NCBI GenBank assembly: GCA_040901675.1
Contig: JBBDYJ010000001.1
Span: 107,618 to 171,617, forward strand
Reading direction: 5' to 3'
Length of the DNA stretch: 64,000 nt
Source of the DNA: Pirellulales bacterium
GTDB lineage: Bacteria > Planctomycetota > Planctomycetia > Pirellulales > JAICIG01
Shown here: one piece after another, positions 1 through 9,156 of the stretch
Position numbering within the stretch: position 1 is the first letter of the stretch
How the letters are laid out: every line of letters begins with the position of its first letter
Notes under the pieces: model-generated
The model's database searches: none
What the model saw: only the letters and a program-made list of their open reading frames with translations
Told to the model about the DNA's origin: nothing
Translations under genes and position numbers: made by a program

Positions 1-466
1 GCTGTCGATCGGCCGCCGCCGCGTGATCATCACTCCGCACGACGAACCCGAATGGCTCGAGCCCGATGAGTGCTTCGTGGTCTCCAACGTCAGTTTCGAG
101 CAGCTTGCCGGCGGCCGGGCCTGGAGGCAGTTTTCGTCAACGGCCGAATTGGTCGAGGGGCTCTCCAACCGCAGTCTCGACTTCGGCGCCGACGTGCGGG
201 TGGCCATCCACACGCGGATGGTGCAGCCGCTTTTGGACCTGAACTTGCTGTTTCTCGGCCTGCCCTTGGTCCTCTCGCGCGACAACCGCAACGTGTTCGC
301 GGCCATCGGACTCTGCGCGGTCCTCTCCACCGCCTTCATGCTGGTGGTGCTGGGATTCCAGTATTTGGGTACCATATACTTGCTGGATCCGGCGCTGGCC
401 GCCTGGTCGCCGTTGATGATCTTCATCCCTTTGGCGGTGGCCCTGTTCGAGCAAGTGCGCCGCTAA
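1..466 (+). CDS. LptF/LptG family LPS export permease, C-terminal part (5' end outside window)
   Basis: C-terminal TM pattern 'HTRMVQPLLDLNLLFLGLPL...LGTIYLLDPALAAWSPLMIF' typical of YjgP/YjgQ permeases. Confidence 0.75.
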   Translation, partial: LSIGRRRVIITPHDEPEWLEPDECFVVSNVSFEQLAGGRAWRQFSSTAELVEGLSNRSLDFGADVRVAIHTRMVQPLLDLNLLFLGLPLVLSRDNRNVFAAIGLCAVLSTAFMLVVLGFQYLGTIYLLDPALAAWSPLMIFIPLAVALFEQVRR

Positions 467-496
467 TCTGGCTTGGGTGGCCCGCTGGGTGGCTGG

Positions 497-568
497 GGCA
501 AAGCGGTAGCGTGCCCCAGTCAGTGCCAGTGGTCAGTGGACAGTAGCAGGACTCGCCAGAGTTCTGGC
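497..568. repeat. Two REP-like palindromes: family A (GGCAAAGCGNNAGCGTGCCCCAG, 497-520) and family B (GTAGCAGGACTCGCCAGAGTTCTGGC, 543-568)
   Basis: A recurs at 31362, 31532, 50085, 50184, 50284 and (degenerate) 53704; B recurs reverse-complemented at 50338-50363 with 1 mismatch. Confidence 0.85.
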
Positions 569-587
569 GAAGCTGAGAGGTGTGGAA

Positions 588-2261
588 ATGGTCGAACAAG
601 AGAAACCGGCCTGGGTCGATGGCCTCACGATCGGCGAGGTGCTGGCCCGCACCGCCGCCAGGCATCCCGATCTGGACTGCCTGGTGTTTGGCCAGCTCGG
701 GCTGCGGCTGAGCTGGCGCGAGTTCGACGCCCGCGTGACCGAGGCGGCCCGCGGCCTGGCGGCGCTGGGGATCGAGCGGGGCCAGCACGTGGCCGTCTGG
801 GCCACCAACGTGCCCGAATGGGTGATCCTGCAGTTTGCCACGGCCCGTATCGGCGCCTTGCTGGTCACGATCAACCCGGCGTATCGTCCCTTCGAGCTCA
901 AGTACGTGCTGCGGCAGAGCGACGCGGTGGCGCTGTTCCTGGTCGATCGGTTCAAGACTTCCGACTACTACGCCATGCTGGCCGAGGTCTGCCCCGAGTT
1001 CCCCCAGGCCCAGCCCGGCCGGCTCGACTCCAACGAGTTTCCCTGCCTCCGCTGGGTGGTGGCTTTGAAAAGCCCGACGCCCGCCGGCGCCATCTCCTGG
1101 TCCGAGATGTGCCGGCGCGGGCGCGCCCAGGGCAAGCACGCCGCCGCACTCGAGGCCCGCCTCGACCCGAACGACGCCATCAACATCCAATACACGTCGG
1201 GAACGACCGGCTTTCCGAAGGCCGCCACGCTCAGCCACCGCAACCTGCTGTTGAACGCCTTCTATGTCGGGCAGTGCCAGGCCTTGACCGAGGCCGACCG
1301 GATCTGCATTCCGGTGCCGTTCTACCACTGCTTCGGCTGCGTGCTGGGCACGTTGTGCTCTGCGGTGTATGGGGCGGCGATGATCGTACCGGCCGAATCG
1401 TTCAACCCCGCGGCCACGCTGGAGGCGATCGAGCGCGATAGAGCGACTTCGATCTACGGCGTGCCCACCATGTTCATCGCCCAGTTGCAGGACCCGACCT
1501 TTGCCGGCCGCGACTTGTCGAGCCTGCGGACCGGCATCATGGCCGGCAGCCCCTGCCCGATCGAAGTCATGCGGCAAGTGATCGACGCGATGGGCGCCCG
1601 CCACATGACGATTGCCTACGGCCAGACCGAGGCCTCGCCCGTCGTCACGCAAACGCGGATCAACGACCCGCTGGAGTTGCGGGTCGAGACCGTGGGCCGG
1701 CCCTTGCCCGGCGTCGAAGTGAAGCTGATCGACCCGGCCACCGGCGCCACGCTGGGCGACAACCAGCAGGGCGAGCTGTGCAGCCGCGGCCACGTGGTGA
1801 TGCTGGGCTATTACAAGAACCCGGACGCCACGGCGGCGGCCATCGATGCCGAGGGCTGGCTGCACTCGGGCGACTTGGCTGTGCGGCTGCCCAACGGCTA
1901 CTACAAGATCACCGGCCGGATCAAGGACATGGTGATCCGCGGTGGCGAGAACATTTATCCCCGCGAGATCGAGGAGTTCCTGTTCACGCACCCGGCCGTG
2001 GAGCAGGCCGCGGTGGTCGGAGTGCCGGATCCGAAGTACGTGGAGGAGCTTTGTGCCTGGATCAGGCTCAAGGAGGGCTCCCGGAGCAGCGAAGACGAGA
2101 TCCGCCAGTTTTGCCGCGCTAAGCTGGCGCACTACAAGGTGCCGCGCTACGTCAAGTTCGTCGAGCAGTTTCCGCAGACGGTGACCGGCAAGATCCAGAA
2201 GTTCAAGATCCGCGAACAGATGATCGCCGAGCTGGGGTTGAAGGAACAGGAAACCGCTTGA
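588..2261 (+). CDS. AMP-binding enzyme, fatty-acyl-CoA synthetase/ligase
   Basis: [12 protein letters not shown]-loop, [38 protein letters not shown] motifs; GAGAGG RBS before ATG 588. Confidence 0.95.
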   Translation: MVEQEKPAWVDGLTIGEVLARTAARHPDLDCLVFGQLGLRLSWREFDARVTEAARGLAALGIERGQHVAVWATNVPEWVILQFATARIGALLVTINPAYRPFELKYVLRQSDAVALFLVDRFKTSDYYAMLAEVCPEFPQAQPGRLDSNEFPCLRWVVALKSPTPAGAISWSEMCRRGRAQGKHAAALEARLDPNDAINIQYTSGTTGFPKAATLSHRNLLLNAFYVGQCQALTEADRICIPVPFYHCFGCVLGTLCSAVYGAAMIVPAESFNPAATLEAIERDRATSIYGVPTMFIAQLQDPTFAGRDLSSLRTGIMAGSPCPIEVMRQVIDAMGARHMTIAYGQTEASPVVTQTRINDPLELRVETVGRPLPGVEVKLIDPATGATLGDNQQGELCSRGHVVMLGYYKNPDATAAAIDAEGWLHSGDLAVRLPNGYYKITGRIKDMVIRGGENIYPREIEEFLFTHPAVEQAAVVGVPDPKYVEELCAWIRLKEGSRSSEDEIRQFCRAKLAHYKVPRYVKFVEQFPQTVTGKIQKFKIREQMIAELGLKEQETA

Positions 2262-2272
2262 TCGAGTAATCC

Positions 2273-2788
2273 ATGAACAACAAGAAGGTGGTGCTGGGCG
2301 TGGCGCTCGGCTGCGGCGTTGTCGGCTTGGCCATTGTCCTGCTTTGCTCCGGGGCCCTGTTTTTCTCGTACCGGGCGGTGGCAAGCGGCGGGGATGTGTC
2401 GGTCCAAGTCGATTCGCTTTTTAAGGCCATGGCCGACGGCAAGTTCCGCGAAACGTATACCAGCCGGACCAGCCCCGAATTCCGCCGTGCGACAACCGAA
2501 ACCCAGTATTCCCAGATCGGAGCAACGGTGCAAAAACGCCTGGGCGCTCTCAAGTCCAAGCAAGTGGTCCGCTTCAACGCGCGCCAGTTCAACCTCGGGT
2601 CATTCATCGAGGTAGTCTACAACGCGCAGTTCGAGAAAGGGGCGGGAACGATCACACTCACCTTCAAACGCGCCGGCGATGATTGGCTGCTGCATGCCCT
2701 GAACGTCTCGTCGCCCACGCTTCTGGAGCCCGCCGAGCCGGAGCCTGAACCGATCCAGGCTGAACAAGATCCAACCATCGAAACCTGA
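2273..2788 (+). CDS. Membrane-anchored hypothetical protein (DUF4019-like alpha/beta domain)
   Basis: N-terminal TM, then 'KRLGALKS...VVYNAQFEKGAGTITLTFKRAGDDWLL'; 11 nt after the upstream stop. Confidence 0.7.
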   Translation: MNNKKVVLGVALGCGVVGLAIVLLCSGALFFSYRAVASGGDVSVQVDSLFKAMADGKFRETYTSRTSPEFRRATTETQYSQIGATVQKRLGALKSKQVVRFNARQFNLGSFIEVVYNAQFEKGAGTITLTFKRAGDDWLLHALNVSSPTLLEPAEPEPEPIQAEQDPTIET

Positions 2789-2799
2789 AGGTGAACCAC

Positions 2800-2952
2800 A
2801 TGCGTGCAACGATAACCATCAAGACGTTGGCTTGGACGGCCTGCCTGCTCCTTGCGCCGCTGGTGGCCGGCTGCCGGCGGCCGTCCGATCCCATCCCGCC
2901 GCAGGCGGAACCGGAGGCCGAGGCCGATGAGGCCGACGGCGCCGCTCAGTAG
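2800..2952 (+). CDS. Small 50-aa predicted lipoprotein (below ORF-track cutoff)
   Basis: MRATITIKTLAWTACLLLAPLVAG|CRRPSDPIPPQAEPEAEADEADGAAQ*; lipobox LVAGC; GAAGGTG RBS. Confidence 0.6.
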   Translation: MRATITIKTLAWTACLLLAPLVAGCRRPSDPIPPQAEPEAEADEADGAAQ

Positions 2953-4025
2953 CGGCCGTCGCGGGCCTCATAGTGCGTCGGCTTGCCGAGATGCTCGCCG
3001 CCGCGGCGGACCCAGTCGGCGACGAGGCGGATCATCTGCTGCGCGGTGACGCGCGGGTATCCGAACAAGCGGTGGCTCTGCTGGGCGTTGCTCAGGAAAG
3101 CGTCGTGCGACTCGGCCCCGCTGAACTGCACCGGCTGGTCGAGCAGCCGGCCGAGCTCCTCGCAAACGCGCCGCACCGAGAGCGTCTCCGGCCCGGCCAG
3201 GTTGAGCACCAAGGGCGGCGTGGAGACGTGGCCAAACGATTCCAGGGCCATCGCGTTGGCGTCTGCCTGCCAGATGGCATTGAACAGCCCCATGGCCAGG
3301 TCGATCGTCTCGCCGGCCAGCACCTGCCGCGCCAGGTCGACCAGCACCCCGTAACGCGGCTCGTTGGCATAGTTCAAACGCAACAGCACCATCGGGATGG
3401 AGAGCACCTGGCTGAAGTACTGATAGATCCGCTCGCGGCCCAGCACGCTCATGGCGTACTCGCCCAGCGGTTGGGGCGGGTCGGTTTCGCACGAGCCGCC
3501 CAAGAGCACGCTGGTCAGCGGGTAGACGGCGCCGCTGGAAAAGGCCACCAGGCGGCTGGCGCGGAACTTCCGGCAGATCAGGCCGGGCAGGTAGCTGTTC
3601 ATGGCCCAGGTGAGGGCCGGCTGCGATGACGAGCCGAACTTCATGCCGGTCATCGCTATCACGTTGGGCGCCTCGGGCAGGCGGTCAAGCTGGTCCTGTT
3701 CCAACAGGTCGCAGGCAATCGTCTCGATTCCCCAGCCGGCCAGCCGCTCCTGAAGCCCCGGCTCGCTGAACCGCGAAACGCCGATCACCTTGTTGGGCCG
3801 CCCAGCGCCATCCAGCGCCCGGCGTGCCATGCGGGCCAGCGTGGGGCCCATCTTGCCCCCCACGCCCAGCACGATGAGGTCGCCCTCCAAACGCGCGAGT
3901 GTCTCGATGGCCCCCTGGCTTGGCTCGCTCAGCAGGTCCTCCAGCTCGTCGCGGGTCGCCGGCATGGGCTGATCGCGATCGCCGCGGGTGACTGGCGGTA
4001 TGTTTGCTCGCTCGCTGGTGTTCAA
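2946..4025 (-). CDS. NAD-dependent epimerase/dehydratase (extended SDR)
   Basis: GVGGKMG Rossmann motif, FSSGAVY, EYAMS; start either TTG 4025 (overlaps kinase stop) or ATG 3965. Confidence 0.85.
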   Translation of the reverse strand: MNTSERANIPPVTRGDRDQPMPATRDELEDLLSEPSQGAIETLARLEGDLIVLGVGGKMGPTLARMARRALDGAGRPNKVIGVSRFSEPGLQERLAGWGIETIACDLLEQDQLDRLPEAPNVIAMTGMKFGSSSQPALTWAMNSYLPGLICRKFRASRLVAFSSGAVYPLTSVLLGGSCETDPPQPLGEYAMSVLGRERIYQYFSQVLSIPMVLLRLNYANEPRYGVLVDLARQVLAGETIDLAMGLFNAIWQADANAMALESFGHVSTPPLVLNLAGPETLSVRRVCEELGRLLDQPVQFSGAESHDAFLSNAQQSHRLFGYPRVTAQQMIRLVADWVRRGGEHLGKPTHYEARDGRY

Positions 4026-7000
4026 GGGTCTTGCGCTGGGTGTTGGGGGGTGGTCTTGCCGGCCCTCGTGGCCAGAACCAGCATGGCTTCGCCGTGCAAA
4101 AGTTGCAACTCCAAACGATCCTGCCAGCTCATCAGGCTGGCCACGGTGCCCCGCGTGCGCTCGTTCGTTTCACGCTCGATCCATTCATCCGCTTTTTCGA
4201 ACCATTGCCGCGCCTCGGCATGGTTCCCCTGGCGGTGCTCGGCCATGGCCAACAGCAGCCAATCGAAGGCCGTGCCGCCGCTCGCATCCGTTCGAAGCCC
4301 GGCCTTCAGCCGCTCGATGGCCGCCGCGTTGTCCCCCGCGCGGTAACTGACCGCACCGGCCGTGTTCAACAAGGCGTGGCTGTCGGCATGGCCGGCCAGA
4401 AGTTTATCGGCCGCTTGGACGAGTGGCCGGAGATCTTCCACCGCGTGGGGGGCGAGCACGCAGCACCAGAGCACCGCATTGATGGCGCCGGGATCCTGGG
4501 TGGCCCCCAGGGCGCCTGCCAGTTTCCGGCACGCCTCGCGATAACCCGCCGTGTTGCCGCGGGCCAGATGGAACAAGGCCTCCGTCCGCAGGCTGTGCAA
4601 AGTAACTTGAATCGCTCCTTCCAGCTTCGCGAAGTCGGCGGCGGCCCGCTGCCAGTCTCCCAGCTCGGCATGGCTTTCCGAGCGTTGATAATACAATGAC
4701 AGCGAATCGGGGTGCAGCTCGATCAGCTTGCCGAGGTGCCAGGCGCGGGCGAAGTGCTGCTGCCCTTCCATCAGACACTCCTGGGCCGCTCGCTCGTGCC
4801 AGGCCTCGACTTGTTCCGACGTGCCGGCAAACCCACTGCCATTCCGGGCAACTTCATTCCAGCGCGAACGGAACTCAGCGGGCTCCAACTCCACGACGCC
4901 GCTGTCTTCGTACAGCCGCCGGCCGGAAAGCGCTTCGGACAACCGCGCCAGCTCGTCGATCTTTCTTGTTTCACGGGGAAGCCGCCAGACCCGGGCCGAC
5001 TCGTCCATGTTCACGGTGAGCACGCCGCGTCCGTCGGGGCTGAAGGCGGCAAGCTGGCACCAATGGGGATGCATCAAGGGCGGCGTGACTGCCTCGCCCG
5101 TGGCCGCGTCCCAGACGCGGGCGGTGAAATCGCTGCTGGCCGTCAACAGCAGCGTTCCATCCGGGCTGAAGGCGACCGTGTTGACGTTGGCCGCGTGCTT
5201 CATCGGCGGAGTGAGCGGCGTTCCGCCCATGGCCTGCCAAATCCGGGCGGTATCGTCGTAGCTGGCCGTGGCCACCCGGCTGCTGTCCGGCGAGAAGACT
5301 GCCTGCGGTACGCCGTGGCTATGCGGGAACGGCCCGGCGACAAGCTGGCCGGTCTTGGCGTCCCACACGTTGGCTTCGCCGCCCCCTTCGCCCAAGCCTT
5401 CGCCACCGGCGGTCACCAGCAGCCGGCCATCCGGGCTGAAGGCGGCCCAATTGATATGAATTGTGTGCTGGACTCGAGGTCCCTGCGTTTTGCCGGTCCG
5501 CGCGTCCCAGACCTGCGCGCTCCCGTCCCGGCTGGCGGTGACCACGTGCCGCCCGTCTGGGCTGAAATCGGCGTGCTGCACGCTCGCTTCGTGCTTCATC
5601 GCCTGCCCGAGCGGCTCGAGCGTGGCGGCGTCCCACAGGCGGGCCGTGCCGTCCTCGCAGGCGGTCACCAGCCGGCTGCCGTCGGGGCTGAATGCGGCAT
5701 GGTATACCTTGCCGCCGTGTTCCAGATCCGCTCCGCGCTGTTTTCCGGTCTGCGCGTTCCAGATCCGCACGGTGCGATCCTCGCTGGTGGTCGCAAGCTC
5801 GCGGCCGTCAGGGCTGAAGGCCGCGTGCAGCACGACCGCCTTGTGCTCCAGCGGCGGCGAAACCGGTTTTCCGTCCTTGGCGTCCCAGACACGCGCGGCG
5901 AGGTCGTCGCCGGCGGTCGCCACGCGGCGGCCGTCGGGGCTGAACACGGCCATGCGGATCCGTGCCCGTTGCGCAAACCGCAGCGGAGCCGGCTCGCCTG
6001 CCGCCAGGTCCCACACGCGGGCGGTGCCGTCCCGGCAGGCCGTTACGATCCGGTGACCATCCGGGCTGAACCGCACCCGGTCCACGGGCCCCGCATGTTC
6101 CAACCGCCCCACCACGGGGCGCCCGCTCGCCACGTCCCAGACCTGCGCGGCCCCGTAGTAAGAGGCGGTGGCCACCCATCGGCCGTCCGGACTGAAGGCG
6201 AGCTGCTTCACCTCCCCCAAGTGCTCAAGTGGCGCCGTCAGTATCTGGCCGGTCTCGGTGTCCCAGACGCGCACCGAGGCGTCGTCGCAGGCTGTGGCCA
6301 GCCGTTTGCCGTCGGGACTGAAAAGGGCGTGCGTGACGATGTTGATGTGCCGCACCGGCGCGAGCGCCTGCCGGCCGCTGGCGGCGTCCCAGACCTGCGC
6401 CAGGAAATCATCGCTGCCGGTTACGAGGCGCGTCGAATCGGGGCTGAACGCGACGCTGCGCACCGCGCCGTCGTGCGATAAAGGCGCCCCCACGGCCCGG
6501 CCGGAGCTGGTATCCCACACCCGCGCCTCGCCCTTGCCCCGATAGCCCCGCACTTGTTCGCCGCAGGCAGCGGCCAGCAGCCGCCCATCGGGACTGAACG
6601 AAACCTGGCTCACGCCAAAGCCGTGGACGAGCGGTTCGCCAACCGGCTCGCCCGTGGCGGCCCGCCACAGCCTGGCCGTCTTGTCCGCGCTGGCGGTTGC
6701 CAGCAGGCGGCCGTCCGGACTGAAGCACACGTCGGTGACGGGGCCCTTGTGACCAAGCGGCGCGCCGATGGCCTCACCGCTCGAGGCGTTCCAGATGCGG
6801 GCGGTCCCATCCGTGCTGGCGGTGGCGGCCAGCGTTCCATCGGGACTGAATGCCGCCTTGGCGACCACGCCGGCATGCTTCAAGGCCGGACCGATCGGCG
6901 CGCCGGTCTCGGTGTCCCAAAGGCGGGCCGTCTGGTCCGCACAGGCGGTGATCACTCGCTTTCCGTCGCCATCGAACTCGGCATACATCACTCGATCGGC

Positions 7001-8542
7001 ATGGAACCAGACCTGCGCCGGCTTGACGGCTTGCTGGAGCACGGCCGCCAGCCGCAGGCGGTGAACCGCCTCGAGTTGCCCTTCTCCTTCGTCCAAGCGC
7101 AGGGCCTCGACCAGCCAGGGGAGCGAGCCCAACAGGTCGCGATCGTCGATGTGCCGCACGCCATTGGCAACCAGTTGCCGCACCAGCCGGCGGCGGCTCT
7201 CGTCGGCGTTCTGCTGGGCCTCCGTCTTGGCCACGTCGGCCGCTTCGCGCAGGCCCCGTTCTCGATTGGCCACCGCCAGCGCGCCCGCGGCGGCCGCTAC
7301 CAGCAGCGTGGCGATCATGGCGGTCAGAAAGGCCACAATCGGGTTGCGGCGGCACCAGCGCCATACCCGCTCGGCGCGGCCGATGGGGCGGGCCAGGATC
7401 GGTTCGTGATTGCCGTACCGCTTGAGGTCGTCGGCCAGCTCCTGGGCCGAGGCGTACCGCCGCCGCGGATCCTTCTGAAGGCACTTGAGGCAGATCGTTT
7501 CCACATCGCGGTCCACCGCCCGATTGAGCAGCCGCGGGGCCACCGGCTCGTTGTGCAGGACCTGCAGCATCGTGTCCAGCGACGTGGCGGCCTGGAAAGG
7601 GGGCCGGGCGGTGAGCAGCTCGTACAGCATGGCGCCCAGCGAATAGACGTCGCTGGCCGGCCCCATGGCGCCGCGTTTTCCGGCCGCCTGCTCAGGCGGC
7701 ATGTAGCTGGGCGTGCCCACCACGGTGCCGGTGGCCGTGAGCTGCGAGTCGCCTTCGATTCGACGGGCCAGGCCGAAATCGGTCACCCGCGGCTGGTTGG
7801 CCCGATCGACCAGCACGTTCGACGGCTTCAGGTCGCGGTGCAGGATGCCTTGCTCGTGGGCGTGCTCGATCGCCTCGGCGATGGTCTGGACGAAATCGGC
7901 CGCCATCCGCGAAGGCAGAGGATGATCTTTGACCAGCGCCGACAGGCTCTGGCCTTCGACATAGTCCATCGAAAAGAAATGCTGGCCGTCGTGCTCGCCG
8001 ACTTCGTGGATGGCGACGATGTGCGGGTGCCGCAAGTTGGCGGCGGCCTGGGCCTCGGTATAGAACCGCTCGACGTCGCGATCGGTGGCGAACTGCCCGG
8101 CCAGGATCATCTTGATGGCCACCAGGCGGTTGAGCCTGACCTGCCGCGCCTTGTAGACCACGCCCATGCCGCCCCGGGCGATTTCTTCCAAGAGCTCATA
8201 GTCGCCGAACTGCCGGTTGGCGTCGGTGAGCCGGCGGGCCCCGGTCCTGGCGCGTCCCGCGTCCGCTCCCCAGGCCACCGTGGCGTCCGCGTGCACCCCC
8301 ACCGAGCCGGCAGCCGTCTGCGGCGCGTCCAGCTCGATGGTTGGCCCCGGCGTGGCGTCCGACGTGTCGGCCTGGCGCTCGGCCGCGGCGAAGTACCTCG
8401 CGAGCTCCTCGGCCAGCTCAGGATGTTCGACCAGCAGTTGCTCGCGGCTGATCTGTTCGCCGTCGGCCCGGCGTCGAGCGAAGGAGTCCAGGACCTGTTC
8501 GAGGTCCGCTTGGCGACCGTCGGCGGTATCGTCTTGGGTCAT
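4022..8542 (-). CDS. Ser/Thr protein kinase with WD40 beta-propeller repeats and C-terminal TPR-like region
   Basis: GGMGVVYKA, VAIK, HRDLKPSN, DFG, GTPSYMPPEQ; TM segment; many 'AFSPDG..ATAS.D.TARVWD' repeats. Confidence 0.95.
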   Translation of the reverse strand: MTQDDTADGRQADLEQVLDSFARRRADGEQISREQLLVEHPELAEELARYFAAAERQADTSDATPGPTIELDAPQTAAGSVGVHADATVAWGADAGRARTGARRLTDANRQFGDYELLEEIARGGMGVVYKARQVRLNRLVAIKMILAGQFATDRDVERFYTEAQAAANLRHPHIVAIHEVGEHDGQHFFSMDYVEGQSLSALVKDHPLPSRMAADFVQTIAEAIEHAHEQGILHRDLKPSNVLVDRANQPRVTDFGLARRIEGDSQLTATGTVVGTPSYMPPEQAAGKRGAMGPASDVYSLGAMLYELLTARPPFQAATSLDTMLQVLHNEPVAPRLLNRAVDRDVETICLKCLQKDPRRRYASAQELADDLKRYGNHEPILARPIGRAERVWRWCRRNPIVAFLTAMIATLLVAAAAGALAVANRERGLREAADVAKTEAQQNADESRRRLVRQLVANGVRHIDDRDLLGSLPWLVEALRLDEGEGQLEAVHRLRLAAVLQQAVKPAQVWFHADRVMYAEFDGDGKRVITACADQTARLWDTETGAPIGPALKHAGVVAKAAFSPDGTLAATASTDGTARIWNASSGEAIGAPLGHKGPVTDVCFSPDGRLLATASADKTARLWRAATGEPVGEPLVHGFGVSQVSFSPDGRLLAAACGEQVRGYRGKGEARVWDTSSGRAVGAPLSHDGAVRSVAFSPDSTRLVTGSDDFLAQVWDAASGRQALAPVRHINIVTHALFSPDGKRLATACDDASVRVWDTETGQILTAPLEHLGEVKQLAFSPDGRWVATASYYGAAQVWDVASGRPVVGRLEHAGPVDRVRFSPDGHRIVTACRDGTARVWDLAAGEPAPLRFAQRARIRMAVFSPDGRRVATAGDDLAARVWDAKDGKPVSPPLEHKAVVLHAAFSPDGRELATTSEDRTVRIWNAQTGKQRGADLEHGGKVYHAAFSPDGSRLVTACEDGTARLWDAATLEPLGQAMKHEASVQHADFSPDGRHVVTASRDGSAQVWDARTGKTQGPRVQHTIHINWAAFSPDGRLLVTAGGEGLGEGGGEANVWDAKTGQLVAGPFPHSHGVPQAVFSPDSSRVATASYDDTARIWQAMGGTPLTPPMKHAANVNTVAFSPDGTLLLTASSDFTARVWDAATGEAVTPPLMHPHWCQLAAFSPDGRGVLTVNMDESARVWRLPRETRKIDELARLSEALSGRRLYEDSGVVELEPAEFRSRWNEVARNGSGFAGTSEQVEAWHERAAQECLMEGQQHFARAWHLGKLIELHPDSLSLYYQRSESHAELGDWQRAAADFAKLEGAIQVTLHSLRTEALFHLARGNTAGYREACRKLAGALGATQDPGAINAVLWCCVLAPHAVEDLRPLVQAADKLLAGHADSHALLNTAGAVSYRAGDNAAAIERLKAGLRTDASGGTAFDWLLLAMAEHRQGNHAEARQWFEKADEWIERETNERTRGTVASLMSWQDRLELQLLHGEAMLVLATRAGKTTPQHPAQDP

Positions 8543-8720
8543 GGCTGATCAGCCTGCTGGATGCTTCCTGTCTTGATTCTCCCGCCGATCACGGGCCGGT
8601 TCAAGCAACAAACGGTTGCACCTGCCGCTGGTGCTCTGCCATACTGGCCTGCACGCGGCAGCGAGGGCTTGGCTGGATCATCCAGTTGCGCAGCCACACT
8701 TCGAATCACGAGGCGGCCCG

Positions 8721-8945
8721 ATGCACCAGATCAAGATCTTCAAGGGAATCGAAAACGACCTGGCCGCCCTGGAGGCCGAAGTGAATACCTGGCTGGTCGA
8801 GTCCGAGGCGCGGGTGGTGAGCATGTTCGGCAACATTGCCCCGCAGAGCGAGTCGGCCGAGGACGAGGCCCGCGGCCTGTCGAAGAGCGACTTCCCGCCA
8901 TCCGATGTGCTCTTGGTGATTCTTTTCGAAAGCCTTCCGCACTAG
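8721..8945 (+). CDS. Small hypothetical protein (74 aa)
   Basis: MHQIKIFKGIENDLAALEAEVNTWL...; GAGG upstream; GC3-biased codons. Confidence 0.7.
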   Translation: MHQIKIFKGIENDLAALEAEVNTWLVESEARVVSMFGNIAPQSESAEDEARGLSKSDFPPSDVLLVILFESLPH

Positions 8946-8991
8946 CCCGCGAAGCGGGCGAAAGTCAATAGCCGGGCGGCGTAAGCCCCGG
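8944..8991. repeat. REP-like element family C (AGCCCGCGAAGCGGGCG...AGCCGGGCGGCGTAAGCCCC)
   Basis: Near-identical reverse-complement copy at about 39990-40037; internal hairpins. Confidence 0.85.
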
Positions 8992-9141
8992 AACGCGCCA
9001 CCGACACCTCCGTAAGCCCCCGAAGGGGGCGACAGTACCGCGTTCGGCGAGCCCAGCGGATAGTAGCAGGCACACCTCCGTGTCCCGTAGCTGCCATCCC
9101 CGCGCGCCTGGGGCGCCCCGTATTCGTCCGCGTTCCTTCAC

Positions 9142-9150
9142 TGGTATACT
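9142..9150 (+). promoter_or_regulatory. Extended -10 (TGGTATACT) 6 nt before ATG, probable leaderless promoter
   Basis: Same motif and spacing before the paralogue at 11221-11229; no SD sequence. Confidence 0.6.
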
Positions 9151-9156
9151 GGGCGC

